Numbered from the stretch's first letter, positions 45,584-55,353 are shown. The stretch: DNA of 64,000 bases from Candidatus Lernaella stagnicola (GCA_030765525.1 JAVCCK010000010.1:450441-514440), one strand, 5' to 3'. Notes: generated from the sequence alone by a model not told the origin. Made by a program: numbers and translations.

Positions 45584-47707
45584 TCACTCCACTTGAAAAG
45601 TATAGATGTTAACCGACTCCTCGTCGCCGTCGATGCTGATGGTCACGGTGTAGGTGCCGGGGGATTCCGGCGATTCGTCGATCGTGGCCAGGTGGATCGC
45701 CGGGCTGTCGGGGCCCACGTTGGCGGAAAAATGATGCTCGGCGACGTGCGAGCCGCTCGCGTCGGTGACAGTCAACGTCAGCCCCAGCGCGCCCAAATCT
45801 TCCAGCGTATCGTTCACGACGTAGGCCTCGATTTGCAGCGGCTTGCCGTGCGTTTTGCGAATCGGGCGATCCATCGCCACAAACGCGTAGACCGGTCGCA
45901 TCGCCTTCTGCAACGCGAAATAGCTCTTTTTGGGCTTGCGCCAGTAGTCGAGCACCGACCACTGAATCGCCGGGTTCGGGTCCGTGAACATAAAGGGCAT
46001 CACGCCGCCGTTGGGCGCGTATTTCACCCGCCGAAAGCGGTCGATATAGTGCCGGGTCATTTCACTTTGATAGTTCTGGCTTTTCTCGATCAACGTGGCC
46101 AGGTCGGGCTGTTTGAGACCGACCCAATGATCCAGCAACGCCTTTTGCAGGCTGTGTCGATACTCTAGCTCCGCCCAGTCGACGTTTTCGATCTGCGCGG
46201 CCATGAATTTCTTGCAGCTTTCCAAGTTCGGCAGACTCTGCGCGCCGAATTCGGTGTTGAACACGAGGTTTTTCGGCAGCCTCTTGATCAGGCGGTCGAA
46301 CGCCCACATCGATCTGCCCTGCACCCGGTACCAGCCGAAATAGAAGTGGGTGTCGGTGCCCTTTTGCCACGGCAACCAGACCTTGCCGCTGTGTTCGTTG
46401 ACGAAACGGGTGGGATCCACCGCCGCCAGGGCATCTTTGAGCGCGGGATCGAGCACGTCGCGATTCCATCCCCATATCCCCAACGTGAACACGGTTTTGA
46501 AAATCTCGGAGGGGGTCTCGTCGTCGGTCTCAACAAGGTAAATCGGCTCGTTGTGGCAGCACCAAATGGCGATAGACGGGTGGTTGAACAGCCCGCGTCC
46601 CATATCGGCGATCATGCGCTGGGCGATCGGCAGGATCTCGCGGCGGTAACTCCATTGCAGCGGGAAGTCCTGCCATAGCAGCAACCCCTCGCGGTCAGCG
46701 GCGCGGTAGAAATCCGGATGGTCCACGTGGGCGTGGACGCGCAGGATGTTCAGATTGGCCTGTTTGGCCAGCCGAATGTCGCGTTCACAGTCTTCGTACG
46801 TGACCGTGGCCAGGCGCGTGTCGGTCGGGGGTTGGTTGTTGCCTTTAAGGTAAAGACGTTGGCCGTTCAGCGAAAAAATCCAGTTATCCCAATGTACGGT
46901 GCGAATACCGACCTCGGCTTCGTACACGTCGCTGACTTTGCGGCCTTGCTTGATCGTCACCTTCAGGGAATACAGATTCGGTCGGCCGCGGTCGTGGGTC
47001 CACCACAGGGACGGTTCTTCCAGAATATGGGAGTAGGCGAGGGTATTGTGGCCTTCGTCAAGTTCGATTTCATGCACGAAGGCGTAGCTTTTTCCTTCAA
47101 AATCAATCGGGATCAGCTCGACGTGGATTTTCACCGCCGCCTTTTCCTGCGCCACGATTTCCAGGCGGGTCGTGGTGTGGGCATCCTCGCCGTCCAGGTC
47201 GTCGGTTTGGAACAAGCAGAGGTCGATGTGAGCGCCGCCGGAGGTGTGAATTTCCGGGGCGAGCCAGATACCTCCCGGATTGGTCGTCGGGTCCAGGCAG
47301 TCCCAGTGAGAAAAAACGCCGGTAATCATGCGTTTGTTGTTGCGTTCCTTTTCATCGGGGCAATGGACCTCGATGACCAGCTCGTTGTCTTTGGCCAACA
47401 CGTCGGTGATGTCGTATCGCTGGGGCGTAAAATATCCTTCGTGGTCGCCGAGCCGCCGACCGTTCAAAAAGACGCTGGAATAATAGAAAATCCCGGGTAG
47501 CACCAGGTGGCTGCGGGCTCCTTTTTTGGCCTTATAAGAGAACCGTTTGCGGTACAACGTGAAACCGGCGTGGTTTCGTAATTCCGGATGCATTTGCCAG
47601 TGAGACGGCACGTCCATTTGCAGCCAATTCGACACTGACTCAGGGGGCGTTTGGCTGCGGCTGACAGGGGCGAGTTCCCAACTACCATGGAGCTTTTGGA
47701 CGATCAT
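45584..47707 (-). CDS. Glycoside hydrolase family 2 (beta-mannosidase-like)
   Basis: 'GDHEGYF', 'GGIW', 'LWW.HDRG.PNLY', 'NLNILRVHAH', 'WQDFPLQW', 'NHPSIAIWCCHNEP', 'TEFGAQ'. Confidence 0.9.
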   Translation of the reverse strand: MIVQKLHGSWELAPVSRSQTPPESVSNWLQMDVPSHWQMHPELRNHAGFTLYRKRFSYKAKKGARSHLVLPGIFYYSSVFLNGRRLGDHEGYFTPQRYDITDVLAKDNELVIEVHCPDEKERNNKRMITGVFSHWDCLDPTTNPGGIWLAPEIHTSGGAHIDLCLFQTDDLDGEDAHTTTRLEIVAQEKAAVKIHVELIPIDFEGKSYAFVHEIELDEGHNTLAYSHILEEPSLWWTHDRGRPNLYSLKVTIKQGRKVSDVYEAEVGIRTVHWDNWIFSLNGQRLYLKGNNQPPTDTRLATVTYEDCERDIRLAKQANLNILRVHAHVDHPDFYRAADREGLLLWQDFPLQWSYRREILPIAQRMIADMGRGLFNHPSIAIWCCHNEPIYLVETDDETPSEIFKTVFTLGIWGWNRDVLDPALKDALAAVDPTRFVNEHSGKVWLPWQKGTDTHFYFGWYRVQGRSMWAFDRLIKRLPKNLVFNTEFGAQSLPNLESCKKFMAAQIENVDWAELEYRHSLQKALLDHWVGLKQPDLATLIEKSQNYQSEMTRHYIDRFRRVKYAPNGGVMPFMFTDPNPAIQWSVLDYWRKPKKSYFALQKAMRPVYAFVAMDRPIRKTHGKPLQIEAYVVNDTLEDLGALGLTLTVTDASGSHVAEHHFSANVGPDSPAIHLATIDESPESPGTYTVTISIDGDEESVNIYTFQVE

Positions 47708-47746
47708 GATTTTTCCTTACGCCGGGATGAATCTTTCCGTTCGCGG

Positions 47747-47775
47747 AGATTAATCGGCGTATCCAGGCCTGTCAA
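47747..47775 (-). promoter_or_regulatory. Sigma70 promoter of the GH2 operon
   Basis: Minus strand TTGACA-17nt-TAATCT, about 40 bp upstream of the ATG. Confidence 0.6.
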
Positions 47776-47935
47776 CATCTCATCGCCGCTGGCGTGAATC
47801 GCACACTACATAATAACCGCATTTCACGTCACGCGATACTTGTGCAATATCTTCGTTGTGATATGCTTAAGTGGTTCCGAGTTGGTATGGGGTTTCGTAC
47901 AGCAACGGCTTCAGTGGATGGGTGGGCGCGCAAAT

Positions 47936-48430
47936 ATGCGGAATTATTTGGTTATTCTTGTGCTCTGTGCGGCGTTCGGGCTGGTTCCGGCCGTCGCCTG
48001 GGCCGGGAAGTGCACGCGCGTGTTGCCGCAGGAAGTATTCGACTTTTTCGGCGACCAGCGTGAACCTTCCGTGTGCGGCGACTACGAATACAAGTTGCTC
48101 GATCTCAACGACGACGGCAAATTCGAACTTCACGTCACGAATTACCGCCGGTCCTGCGAAGATATTGGCTTCTGCAATGTCGAGTTTTTCAAACAAGACG
48201 GCGAAAAGTGGTTGCACATCGCCACCATCCCCGGCCGCATCCGCTTGCTCAAAACGACCACCGGAGGATACCACGACATCGCCACGTGGTTGTTGGGACA
48301 GCGCTACGTTTATATTTGGGACGGCAAAACCTATAAGGACAGTATGCAAGGCAACGACTCGCCGCCCGACAAGGAAAATGACGCAGAGACCCCCGACCCC
48401 GGCAAGAAGACAGTCACACCAACGCCATAA
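47936..48430 (+). CDS. Hypothetical exported protein
   Basis: Signal peptide (AWA); 'DLNDDGKFE', 'CEDIGFC', 'GYHDI', 'YIWDGKTY'. Confidence 0.65.
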   Translation: MRNYLVILVLCAAFGLVPAVAWAGKCTRVLPQEVFDFFGDQREPSVCGDYEYKLLDLNDDGKFELHVTNYRRSCEDIGFCNVEFFKQDGEKWLHIATIPGRIRLLKTTTGGYHDIATWLLGQRYVYIWDGKTYKDSMQGNDSPPDKENDAETPDPGKKTVTPTP

Positions 48431-48800
48431 TTCGACACAAATCGTCCAATGACGGGTTATTTGTAAGTAATTATAGACGTTTACGAGGAAACACAGGCCT
48501 CGTTGAAAACCCCTTTTCGCGGGGAATGAGGGTTTACAATTCCGCGGGAAGTGTGTTATTTCCAGTTTTGTTCTTCGAGTGGTGACTCGAAAATGAAGTT
48601 TTTTTCCGGCTCTATGTCCCGGAAAATGTATTGAGGGAATGGCTAAATCCATAGCGCCGGAGAAGGGAGGAATGCTATCAAACAAGGGAATGAAAAACCC
48701 CGCCATGTAGGAACTGCTCGTTGATACTAAATGGCGGCGTGAATCCGATGACAATGTTATTGGCTAGGTTAACGAAACGATAGACAAGGAGATTGACACA

Positions 48801-50648
48801 ATGAGAAAGAGCGCTTTTTTTGCCGTGTTCACCATCGCGTTGTTAGTGGCCGGCGCAAGCCTGGCGACTGCCGCGACCGGCGGACCGGACGCCTACGGGT
48901 ATACGTGGGACGATACCGAAACCTACGTGTGGAATGACATTTCGGGTACCGGCACGTTGCTGGCCCTGGGTGACGACGACTATGAATATCTGGCCCCAGG
49001 CTTTGATTTTCTGTTCTATGGCAATGTCTATGACGAAGTCAGCATCACTTCGAACGGGCACATCGTGCCGGGCCTCGAAGGCTACTACGTCGGCGTAGAC
49101 TGCTCGATTTGGGCTGATTACGTCTCCCCGGTGTTCGGCGCCTGGGCTGACTTGAATCCGTCCTCGACCGGCGCGGTTTACTACGAAACGATCGGCTCTT
49201 CCCCCAACCGGAAATTCGTCGTGCAGTACGATGGCGTACCGCGCTACGGCGACGATACTGACACTACGACCTTCCAAATCGTGATGGAAGAAGCCACCAA
49301 AGACGTCGTGATCTATATGAACGATACGCTGGCCGGCACCAGCACAACCAGCGTGGCCATCGGCATTCACGGCGGCACCACTGACTTCAACCTGTTGAAC
49401 GAATGCGCCGTCGGCGCCGGTACGGCGAGCACCGCGTACCGCTTCGCGCATCCGGATGAGTACTTCCTGTTCACCGGTCCGACCGAAGCCGCCGGTAACC
49501 CCGACGACGTCGTGACCTACACCATGTCCATTGAAAACCAGACTGGCTCCAAGGGTACGTTCAACGTCGCGTTGACCGGCAACACCTGGACCACAACCGC
49601 TCCGGCGACGGTCGATATCGCTGACGGCGCCACCGGCACCTTCGACGTGGAAGTGACCGTTGCAACCACCGCTTTCTGTGGTGCTTCGGACGCCGTGACC
49701 GTCACCGTGGACAAAGGCACCATTTCGCAAGAGAAAGAGCTGACGACTTCGGTCGACTGCTTGGTCTTTGAGCTGGATGTCGAAACCGCCTCCGGCAACA
49801 ACTTGTGCCTCGGCGTTGAATATGTCGGGAACCACTTGTTCGTCACGGCCGCCGGTACGAGCGCGAATCCGCCGCATACGGTTTACGAGCTGGCTCTTGA
49901 CGGCACCCTGATCAACAGCTTCACGCAAGACGGCGTGAGTGACACTTGGGGTTGGCGCGACTTGGCTTGGGACGGCGACTATCTGTATGGTTCGGCCAAC
50001 GCCACCGTCCAGTGCTTCGAAACCGACGGTACGCTCTGTGGTTCCTTCACCGGACCGCAAACCCCGAACCGCGCGCTGGCGTACGACCCGGATACCGATC
50101 ACTTCTGGACGGCGAACTTCACGTCCGACATCTATGAATTTGATCGGACCGGCGCCATCATCAACCAGTACACCAATGCTTACTCCGCGTACGGCATGGC
50201 CTGGGATGCCGAGTCGGCGGGCGGCCCGTTCCTGTGGGTCTTTGAGCAAGACAACAACTACATTCGTCAGTTCGATCCGACGGTCGGTGACTACACCGGC
50301 GTGTTGATTCCGGTGACCGGCGATGCGGCCGGCGGCCTCGCCCTGGCCGAAAGCTTCGGCAAGGTCGGCGGCGCTCCGGTGCTGCTCGCTCTGATGCAGA
50401 TGACCCCGGATATGGTCTTCGGCTACGGCATCGGCGACGACCCAATCGGCGACGATGACGACGACGACGATGACAACGACGACAACGACACGACCGACGA
50501 TGACACCACGGGTGACGACGACACCACCGGTGACGACGACACTACGGGCGACGACGACGACGACGCGACCGACGACGATGCAACCGACGACGACACAGCC
50601 GTTGGCGGCGACGACGACGACGATGACGATAGTGGGTGTGGCTGCTAA
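48801..50648 (+). CDS. Exported multidomain surface protein (nidogen-like, Ig-like, beta-propeller) with poly-Asp tail and SGCGC C-terminus
   Basis: AAGGAG RBS, Sec signal peptide, 'GGPDAYGYTW...FLFYG...SNG...WADLNP', Ig-like 'VTYTMSIEN.TG', propeller repeats 'DLAWDG/ALAYDP/GMAWD'; ends DDDDDDDDSGCGC*. Confidence 0.8.
   Translation: MRKSAFFAVFTIALLVAGASLATAATGGPDAYGYTWDDTETYVWNDISGTGTLLALGDDDYEYLAPGFDFLFYGNVYDEVSITSNGHIVPGLEGYYVGVDCSIWADYVSPVFGAWADLNPSSTGAVYYETIGSSPNRKFVVQYDGVPRYGDDTDTTTFQIVMEEATKDVVIYMNDTLAGTSTTSVAIGIHGGTTDFNLLNECAVGAGTASTAYRFAHPDEYFLFTGPTEAAGNPDDVVTYTMSIENQTGSKGTFNVALTGNTWTTTAPATVDIADGATGTFDVEVTVATTAFCGASDAVTVTVDKGTISQEKELTTSVDCLVFELDVETASGNNLCLGVEYVGNHLFVTAAGTSANPPHTVYELALDGTLINSFTQDGVSDTWGWRDLAWDGDYLYGSANATVQCFETDGTLCGSFTGPQTPNRALAYDPDTDHFWTANFTSDIYEFDRTGAIINQYTNAYSAYGMAWDAESAGGPFLWVFEQDNNYIRQFDPTVGDYTGVLIPVTGDAAGGLALAESFGKVGGAPVLLALMQMTPDMVFGYGIGDDPIGDDDDDDDDNDDNDTTDDDTTGDDDTTGDDDTTGDDDDDATDDDATDDDTAVGGDDDDDDDSGCGC
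50451..50630 (+). repeat. Low-complexity GAC/GAT-rich repeat encoding (DDDTTG)-like units
   Basis: Direct reading. Confidence 0.85.
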
Positions 50649-50674
50649 GTAGTCCGCCTAGTTATTTGTCCATC

Positions 50675-50702
50675 AAAGAGGGCCTTCGGGCCCTCTTTTT
50701 TC
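50675..50702 (+). terminator. Rho-independent terminator
   Basis: AAAGAGGGCC-TTCG-GGCCCTCTTT-TTTT. Confidence 0.9.
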
Positions 50703-50857
50703 ATCTCAATTCTCCTATGCGACACGGGGCAAGAGTCGATATTCGCGGGACCCATCACCCCCTTTTTTTTGAACCCCAGGCAAGGTATATTTCCAGTCAC
50801 AACGCGGCATTACACAACAGGCAAGCAGTCGGAAAACCAACCAAACGGGGGGAAACG

Positions 50858-53473
50858 ATGAGAGCGAAAGTCTTTCTGGTTTTCATGATATGTGTGTTTT
50901 TTACCGCCGGTGCGGTGACGGCACACGCGGCAACCGGCGGACCGGATGCCTACGGATATACGTGGGACGATACCGAAACCTACGTGTGGAATGACATCTC
51001 CGGAACGGGGACACCATTGACCCTGGGCGACGATGATTACGAATATCTCGCACTCGGCTTCGATATCCTTTTCTATGGTGTCAATTATACGGACGTCAGC
51101 GTAACTTCAAACGGCCATATCGTGCCGGGATTCGAAGGTTATTACGTCGGCGTCACCTGCTCCAGTTGGGCGACATACACGTCGCCGGAATGGGGCGCTT
51201 GGGCCGATCTGAACCCGTCGGCGGGCGGTTCGATCTACTACGAAACCGTGGGAACTTCGCCTAACCGCAAGTTCATCGTGCAGTACGACGAAGTGCCACG
51301 CTACGGCGACGCGGCGGACACCACGACCTTCCAACTCGTGTACGAAGAAGCGACCAAAGACGTCGTGATCTACATGAACGACACCTTGCTGGATACCAGC
51401 AGCACCAACATGGCCATCGGTATCCATGGAGGCACCGCAACCAACAACCTGCTGTATGAATGCGGCCCCGGGGCCGGCACGGCGGGCGGCGCGGTTCGCT
51501 TCGCACACCCGACTTCCTACTTCTTCGTCACGGGGGCGACATCCGGTGCGGGCCAACCTGGTGCCGTCGAGACTTACACCCTGACGGTCGATAACCATAC
51601 CGGTTCCAAAGGAACCTTCAACATCAGCCTAAGCGGCAATGCGTGGGCGACCTCCGCCCCGGCGACCGTCGATGTCGCTGATGGCGCCACCGGCACCTTC
51701 GATGTGGACGTAACGATCGATCCGACCGCTTTCTGCGGCGGTTCGGACGGCGTCACCGTCACCGTCGAAAAGGGCGGCGACTCCAAAACCCACGACATTA
51801 CAACCACCGTCGATTGCCTCATCTTTGAACTCGATGTCACGGCCGCGACCGGCGACATTCGCGTTCTCGGCGTAGAATACGTTCCTCCCTACTTGTACCT
51901 CACCGGTACCGGGGACAGCGCCACCGCGCCGCACACCGTATGGGAACTGGATCTGGCCGGGGCGGTGATCAACTCGTGGACGCAACCGGGCTCCGCCTCC
52001 TGGGGTTGGCGGGACATGGCCTACGACGGTGCTCACTTGTACGCGTCGGAAGGCTCTAACGTTGATTGTTTCGACACCGATGGCACGTCCTGCGGCTCCT
52101 TTACGGGTCCGCAAAGCCCGAACCGCGCGCTGGCGTACGACCCCGCGACGGATCACTTCTGGACGGCGAATTTCTCGTCCGACATTTACGAGTTCGACCG
52201 CGCCGGTGCGATCATCAACCAGTACACCAACGCCTACAGCGCCTACGGTATGGCTTGGGATGCCGAATCCGAAGGCGGACCCTTCCTGTGGGTCTACGAG
52301 CAAACCAACAATGCGATTCAGCAATTTAACCCCACAACCGGTGCTTACACCGGCGTGTTCATCCCGGTACCGGGCGACGGCACGGCTCTCGCCGGCGGCT
52401 TAGGCTTGGCGAGCACGTGGCCGGCTGAAGTCGGCGGCCCGCCGGTACTGTTGGCGATGGCGCAGCAAACATTCGACACCGTCTATGGCTACGGTATCGG
52501 TGACGCCGGCGACGACGATGACGACGACGATGACGACAACGACGATAACGATGACAACGACGATAACGATGACAACGACGACAATGATGACAACGACGAC
52601 AATGATGACAACGACGACAATGATGACAACGACGATAATGATGACAACGACGACAATGATGACAACGACGATAATGATGACAACGACGACAACGACACCG
52701 CCCCGGGCGATGTGGTCAAAGTCGGCTTCCAGTACGCGGGCAACGATGGTGCGTTCCACTTGTTCGATGATGTGACCATCACCGACAGCAACAAGGCGAC
52801 CGTCATCGATGAAAGCTTCGAAGGCGGGGCTGTGCCGGGCGACTGGTCACAAATCATCAACGTAGCCGGTTACACCTGGCAGGTCACCGACGGCGTCGGT
52901 GGCTCGGGCTTGGTGCCCCATACCGGAACGTACGAGGCTGAAATCGAGTGGCAGTCCACGACACCGCAGGATGAATGGCTCGTGACGCCCGCTCTGGGCG
53001 CAGCCGCCGACGGTCCCTTCGAAGTCAGTTTCTGGAATGCGGGCAGTGTGTACTGGTCGGGCAACGCGACGCTGCACGTCAGCTATACCTGCGACGACGG
53101 CGCCACTTGGACCGAGCTGTACGTCTTCCCCGGCACGGGCGAAACCGAGGACTTCACCTGGTACGAGAACACCATCCCCTTCGATTGCAGTGGCGGTGAC
53201 GACGACGACGACGACAACAACGACGATAATGACGACAATGACACGACCGATGACGACACGACCGATGACGACACAACCGATGACGACACGGGCGGCGACG
53301 ACGATACGACCGACGACGACACGACCGACGACGATACGACCGACGACGACACCGGCGCGGACGACGACGACGACGCCAGCGACGACGATGCCGGCGATGA
53401 CGACACCGGTGATGACGACACGATCGCAATCGGTGACGACGACGACGATGACGACAGCGGGTGCGGCTGTTAG
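50858..53473 (+). CDS. Paralogous exported surface protein with an extra cleaved-adhesin/choice-of-anchor-J-like domain, DDN repeats and SGCGC C-terminus
   Basis: ATG 50858 after GGGGGG; same N-terminal architecture as 48801-50648; 'ESFEGG..PGDW...QDEWLVTP...FW...DDGATW'; ends DDDDDDDSGCGC*. Confidence 0.8.
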   Translation: MRAKVFLVFMICVFFTAGAVTAHAATGGPDAYGYTWDDTETYVWNDISGTGTPLTLGDDDYEYLALGFDILFYGVNYTDVSVTSNGHIVPGFEGYYVGVTCSSWATYTSPEWGAWADLNPSAGGSIYYETVGTSPNRKFIVQYDEVPRYGDAADTTTFQLVYEEATKDVVIYMNDTLLDTSSTNMAIGIHGGTATNNLLYECGPGAGTAGGAVRFAHPTSYFFVTGATSGAGQPGAVETYTLTVDNHTGSKGTFNISLSGNAWATSAPATVDVADGATGTFDVDVTIDPTAFCGGSDGVTVTVEKGGDSKTHDITTTVDCLIFELDVTAATGDIRVLGVEYVPPYLYLTGTGDSATAPHTVWELDLAGAVINSWTQPGSASWGWRDMAYDGAHLYASEGSNVDCFDTDGTSCGSFTGPQSPNRALAYDPATDHFWTANFSSDIYEFDRAGAIINQYTNAYSAYGMAWDAESEGGPFLWVYEQTNNAIQQFNPTTGAYTGVFIPVPGDGTALAGGLGLASTWPAEVGGPPVLLAMAQQTFDTVYGYGIGDAGDDDDDDDDDNDDNDDNDDNDDNDDNDDNDDNDDNDDNDDNDDNDDNDDNDDNDDNDDNDDNDTAPGDVVKVGFQYAGNDGAFHLFDDVTITDSNKATVIDESFEGGAVPGDWSQIINVAGYTWQVTDGVGGSGLVPHTGTYEAEIEWQSTTPQDEWLVTPALGAAADGPFEVSFWNAGSVYWSGNATLHVSYTCDDGATWTELYVFPGTGETEDFTWYENTIPFDCSGGDDDDDDNNDDNDDNDTTDDDTTDDDTTDDDTGGDDDTTDDDTTDDDTTDDDTGADDDDDASDDDAGDDDTGDDDTIAIGDDDDDDDSGCGC
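52511..52696 (+). repeat. 9-bp coding tandem repeat (GAYGAYAAY)n encoding (DDN)n
   Basis: Direct reading: a long run of DDN units after a poly-D tract. Confidence 0.9.
53198..53455 (+). repeat. Coding repeat (DDDTT)n/poly-Asp tail
   Basis: Direct reading. Confidence 0.85.
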
Positions 53474-53496
53474 CGACGCTCTGGCAAACAACAAAC

Positions 53497-53525
53497 AGGC
53501 CGGGTCAAATTGACCCGGCCTTTTT
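53497..53525 (+). terminator. Rho-independent terminator
   Basis: AGGCCGGGTCA-AAT-TGACCCGGCCT-TTTT. Confidence 0.88.
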
Positions 53526-53571
53526 CTACGATACAATCGCCCACTGAATTTGGAAGCACGCGGAGGCAGCG

Positions 53572-55353
53572 GTGTTGCGAGACATAGGGCGACGCGCGGC
53601 AATCATCCTGGCCATTCTGGCGGCCCTGACCGTCACGGGGGGGTGTACGCCGAACAAGCCGCCGGAGTTGCGCAACGTGGTATTCGTCTCCCTCGACACT
53701 GTCCGCGCCGACCACTTGAGCTGTTATGGCTACCAACGCGCGACCAGCCCGCACATCGATGCGCTCGCCGCCGAGGGCATGTTGTTCGAAAACGCCATGG
53801 CGCAATCGTCATGGACGACGCCGTCGCATGCCTCGTTGTTTACGGGCTTGCTCAGTTCGGCCCATGGCGCGGCGCAACTCAATCAGCCGATCAAAAAGGA
53901 AGTACCGGTGCTCGCGGAGTACCTGCAGGACGCCGGCTTTCAAACCGGGGGCTTCGTAACCCACCTGTTCGTTGGCGACTACCTCGGCTTTGATCGCGGC
54001 TTCGATTCATTTTGGTACGAACAAACACCGCGCGCCAAAGGCCCGGTGGACGCCGCGCTCACCTGGCTTGAGGGGCGTAACGAGAAACCGTTCTTCTTGT
54101 TCCTGCACCTGTTTGATCCCCATCACCCCTATGCGCCGCCCGACAAATACGTGCGCCAATACGAGGGTGATTGCCGCCGCGAACCGGGCAATATGGCCTC
54201 CTTGGGCAAGTTGTTTGACCGCGATGCGACGGGCCGGGACCAGTTGCTGGCCTGCCTCATCCGTCGTTACGATGACGAAATCCACTACGCCGACGAACAA
54301 CTCGGGCGGCTGTTCGCGTACCTGAAAGAGAAAGCGTTGTGGGACCAAACGCTGGTCGTGTTCCTCTCCGACCACGGCGAGGAATTCCTCGACCACGGCA
54401 GCGTGCTGCACGCCATCACCCTGTATCAGGAACAACTACACGTCCCGCTGATCCTGGCCGGCGGGCCCCCGGGGCTGCTGCAAGCGGGGTCCCGTGTCAA
54501 AGGGCGCGTCGCGCTCTACGACATCATGCCCACGTTGTTGGACTTGTTCGACATTAAGCCCAAGGCGACGATGACCGCCCAAACGCTCCTGCCGCACCTG
54601 CGCGGAAAAACCCAGCCCGACCGCGACGTCATCGCCGAGACCAACGATGTCGGGCCCGACCGCATGACTCTGTTGTCCGGTCCGGCGAAATACCTTTATG
54701 CGCCCGATGCCCACGTGTTCCAGCAACATATGTCGGCGGAGTTTTATGACCTCGCCGGCGACCCGGGTGAAAAACATAACTTGCTGGATGAGCGGCCCCA
54801 AGAGGCCGCGCGCGTGCGGGCGCGGATGATCGAGCAGGGGCGCTACGCGACTCGCCAGGCGTGGCGGATCATGTGGGGCGGCGCCGGCAGCGAGAGAGCC
54901 GTGCGCGGCAGGTTGCAAACCGAGGGACGTTTCACCCACGCCTTCAAGTATCTCGGCTTCACACGGTTCGACGAAATCCCCGAAGACCTGCCGATCGATC
55001 AAGCATTGCGCCAAGCCGATTATCAAATCCACCGCGCGAGCCGGGTCATCAGTTTCAGCGCGGCCGACCACATTGTGGCCAACGGGTTTGCCGCCGTGCT
55101 TGCCCAAGCCGACGCCCCGCTGACCCTGACCGTCGACTGGCGAACTGAAACCGGCGACGGCAAACGCGAAACGCTCACGATAGCCGGCACGCCGACCCGT
55201 GATAAGCCTCTATTGGCCGCCGGCGGGCTCGTGCGCATCTTCACCGAAGATATCCTCACTTTTCCCGAAGCGCCGCCCGAACTCGAGATCAGCCGAAAAG
55301 AAAAATTGCCTGCGCCGCTGAAACAGAAATTGCGCACGCTGGGCTATTTCTAG
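53572..55353 (+). CDS. Sulfatase-like lipoprotein (alkaline phosphatase superfamily; Thr at the nucleophile position)
   Basis: TGGC lipobox-like site; 'SLDTVRADHL', 'WTTPSHASLFTG', 'FDPHHPY', 'SDHGEEF', terminal 'LRTLGYF'. Confidence 0.85.
   Translation: MLRDIGRRAAIILAILAALTVTGGCTPNKPPELRNVVFVSLDTVRADHLSCYGYQRATSPHIDALAAEGMLFENAMAQSSWTTPSHASLFTGLLSSAHGAAQLNQPIKKEVPVLAEYLQDAGFQTGGFVTHLFVGDYLGFDRGFDSFWYEQTPRAKGPVDAALTWLEGRNEKPFFLFLHLFDPHHPYAPPDKYVRQYEGDCRREPGNMASLGKLFDRDATGRDQLLACLIRRYDDEIHYADEQLGRLFAYLKEKALWDQTLVVFLSDHGEEFLDHGSVLHAITLYQEQLHVPLILAGGPPGLLQAGSRVKGRVALYDIMPTLLDLFDIKPKATMTAQTLLPHLRGKTQPDRDVIAETNDVGPDRMTLLSGPAKYLYAPDAHVFQQHMSAEFYDLAGDPGEKHNLLDERPQEAARVRARMIEQGRYATRQAWRIMWGGAGSERAVRGRLQTEGRFTHAFKYLGFTRFDEIPEDLPIDQALRQADYQIHRASRVISFSAADHIVANGFAAVLAQADAPLTLTVDWRTETGDGKRETLTIAGTPTRDKPLLAAGGLVRIFTEDILTFPEAPPELEISRKEKLPAPLKQKLRTLGYF

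Noticed and set aside
50646..50760. Stop read-through restoring a MYXO-CTERM TM helix after GCGC
   Set aside because: The stops differ (TAA, TAG), the downstream frames are not TM-like, and strong terminators follow directly.
52511..52696. Regular repeat array as a possible CRISPR
   Set aside because: 9-bp in-frame coding units (DDN) with synonymous variation, no unique spacers and no cas genes.
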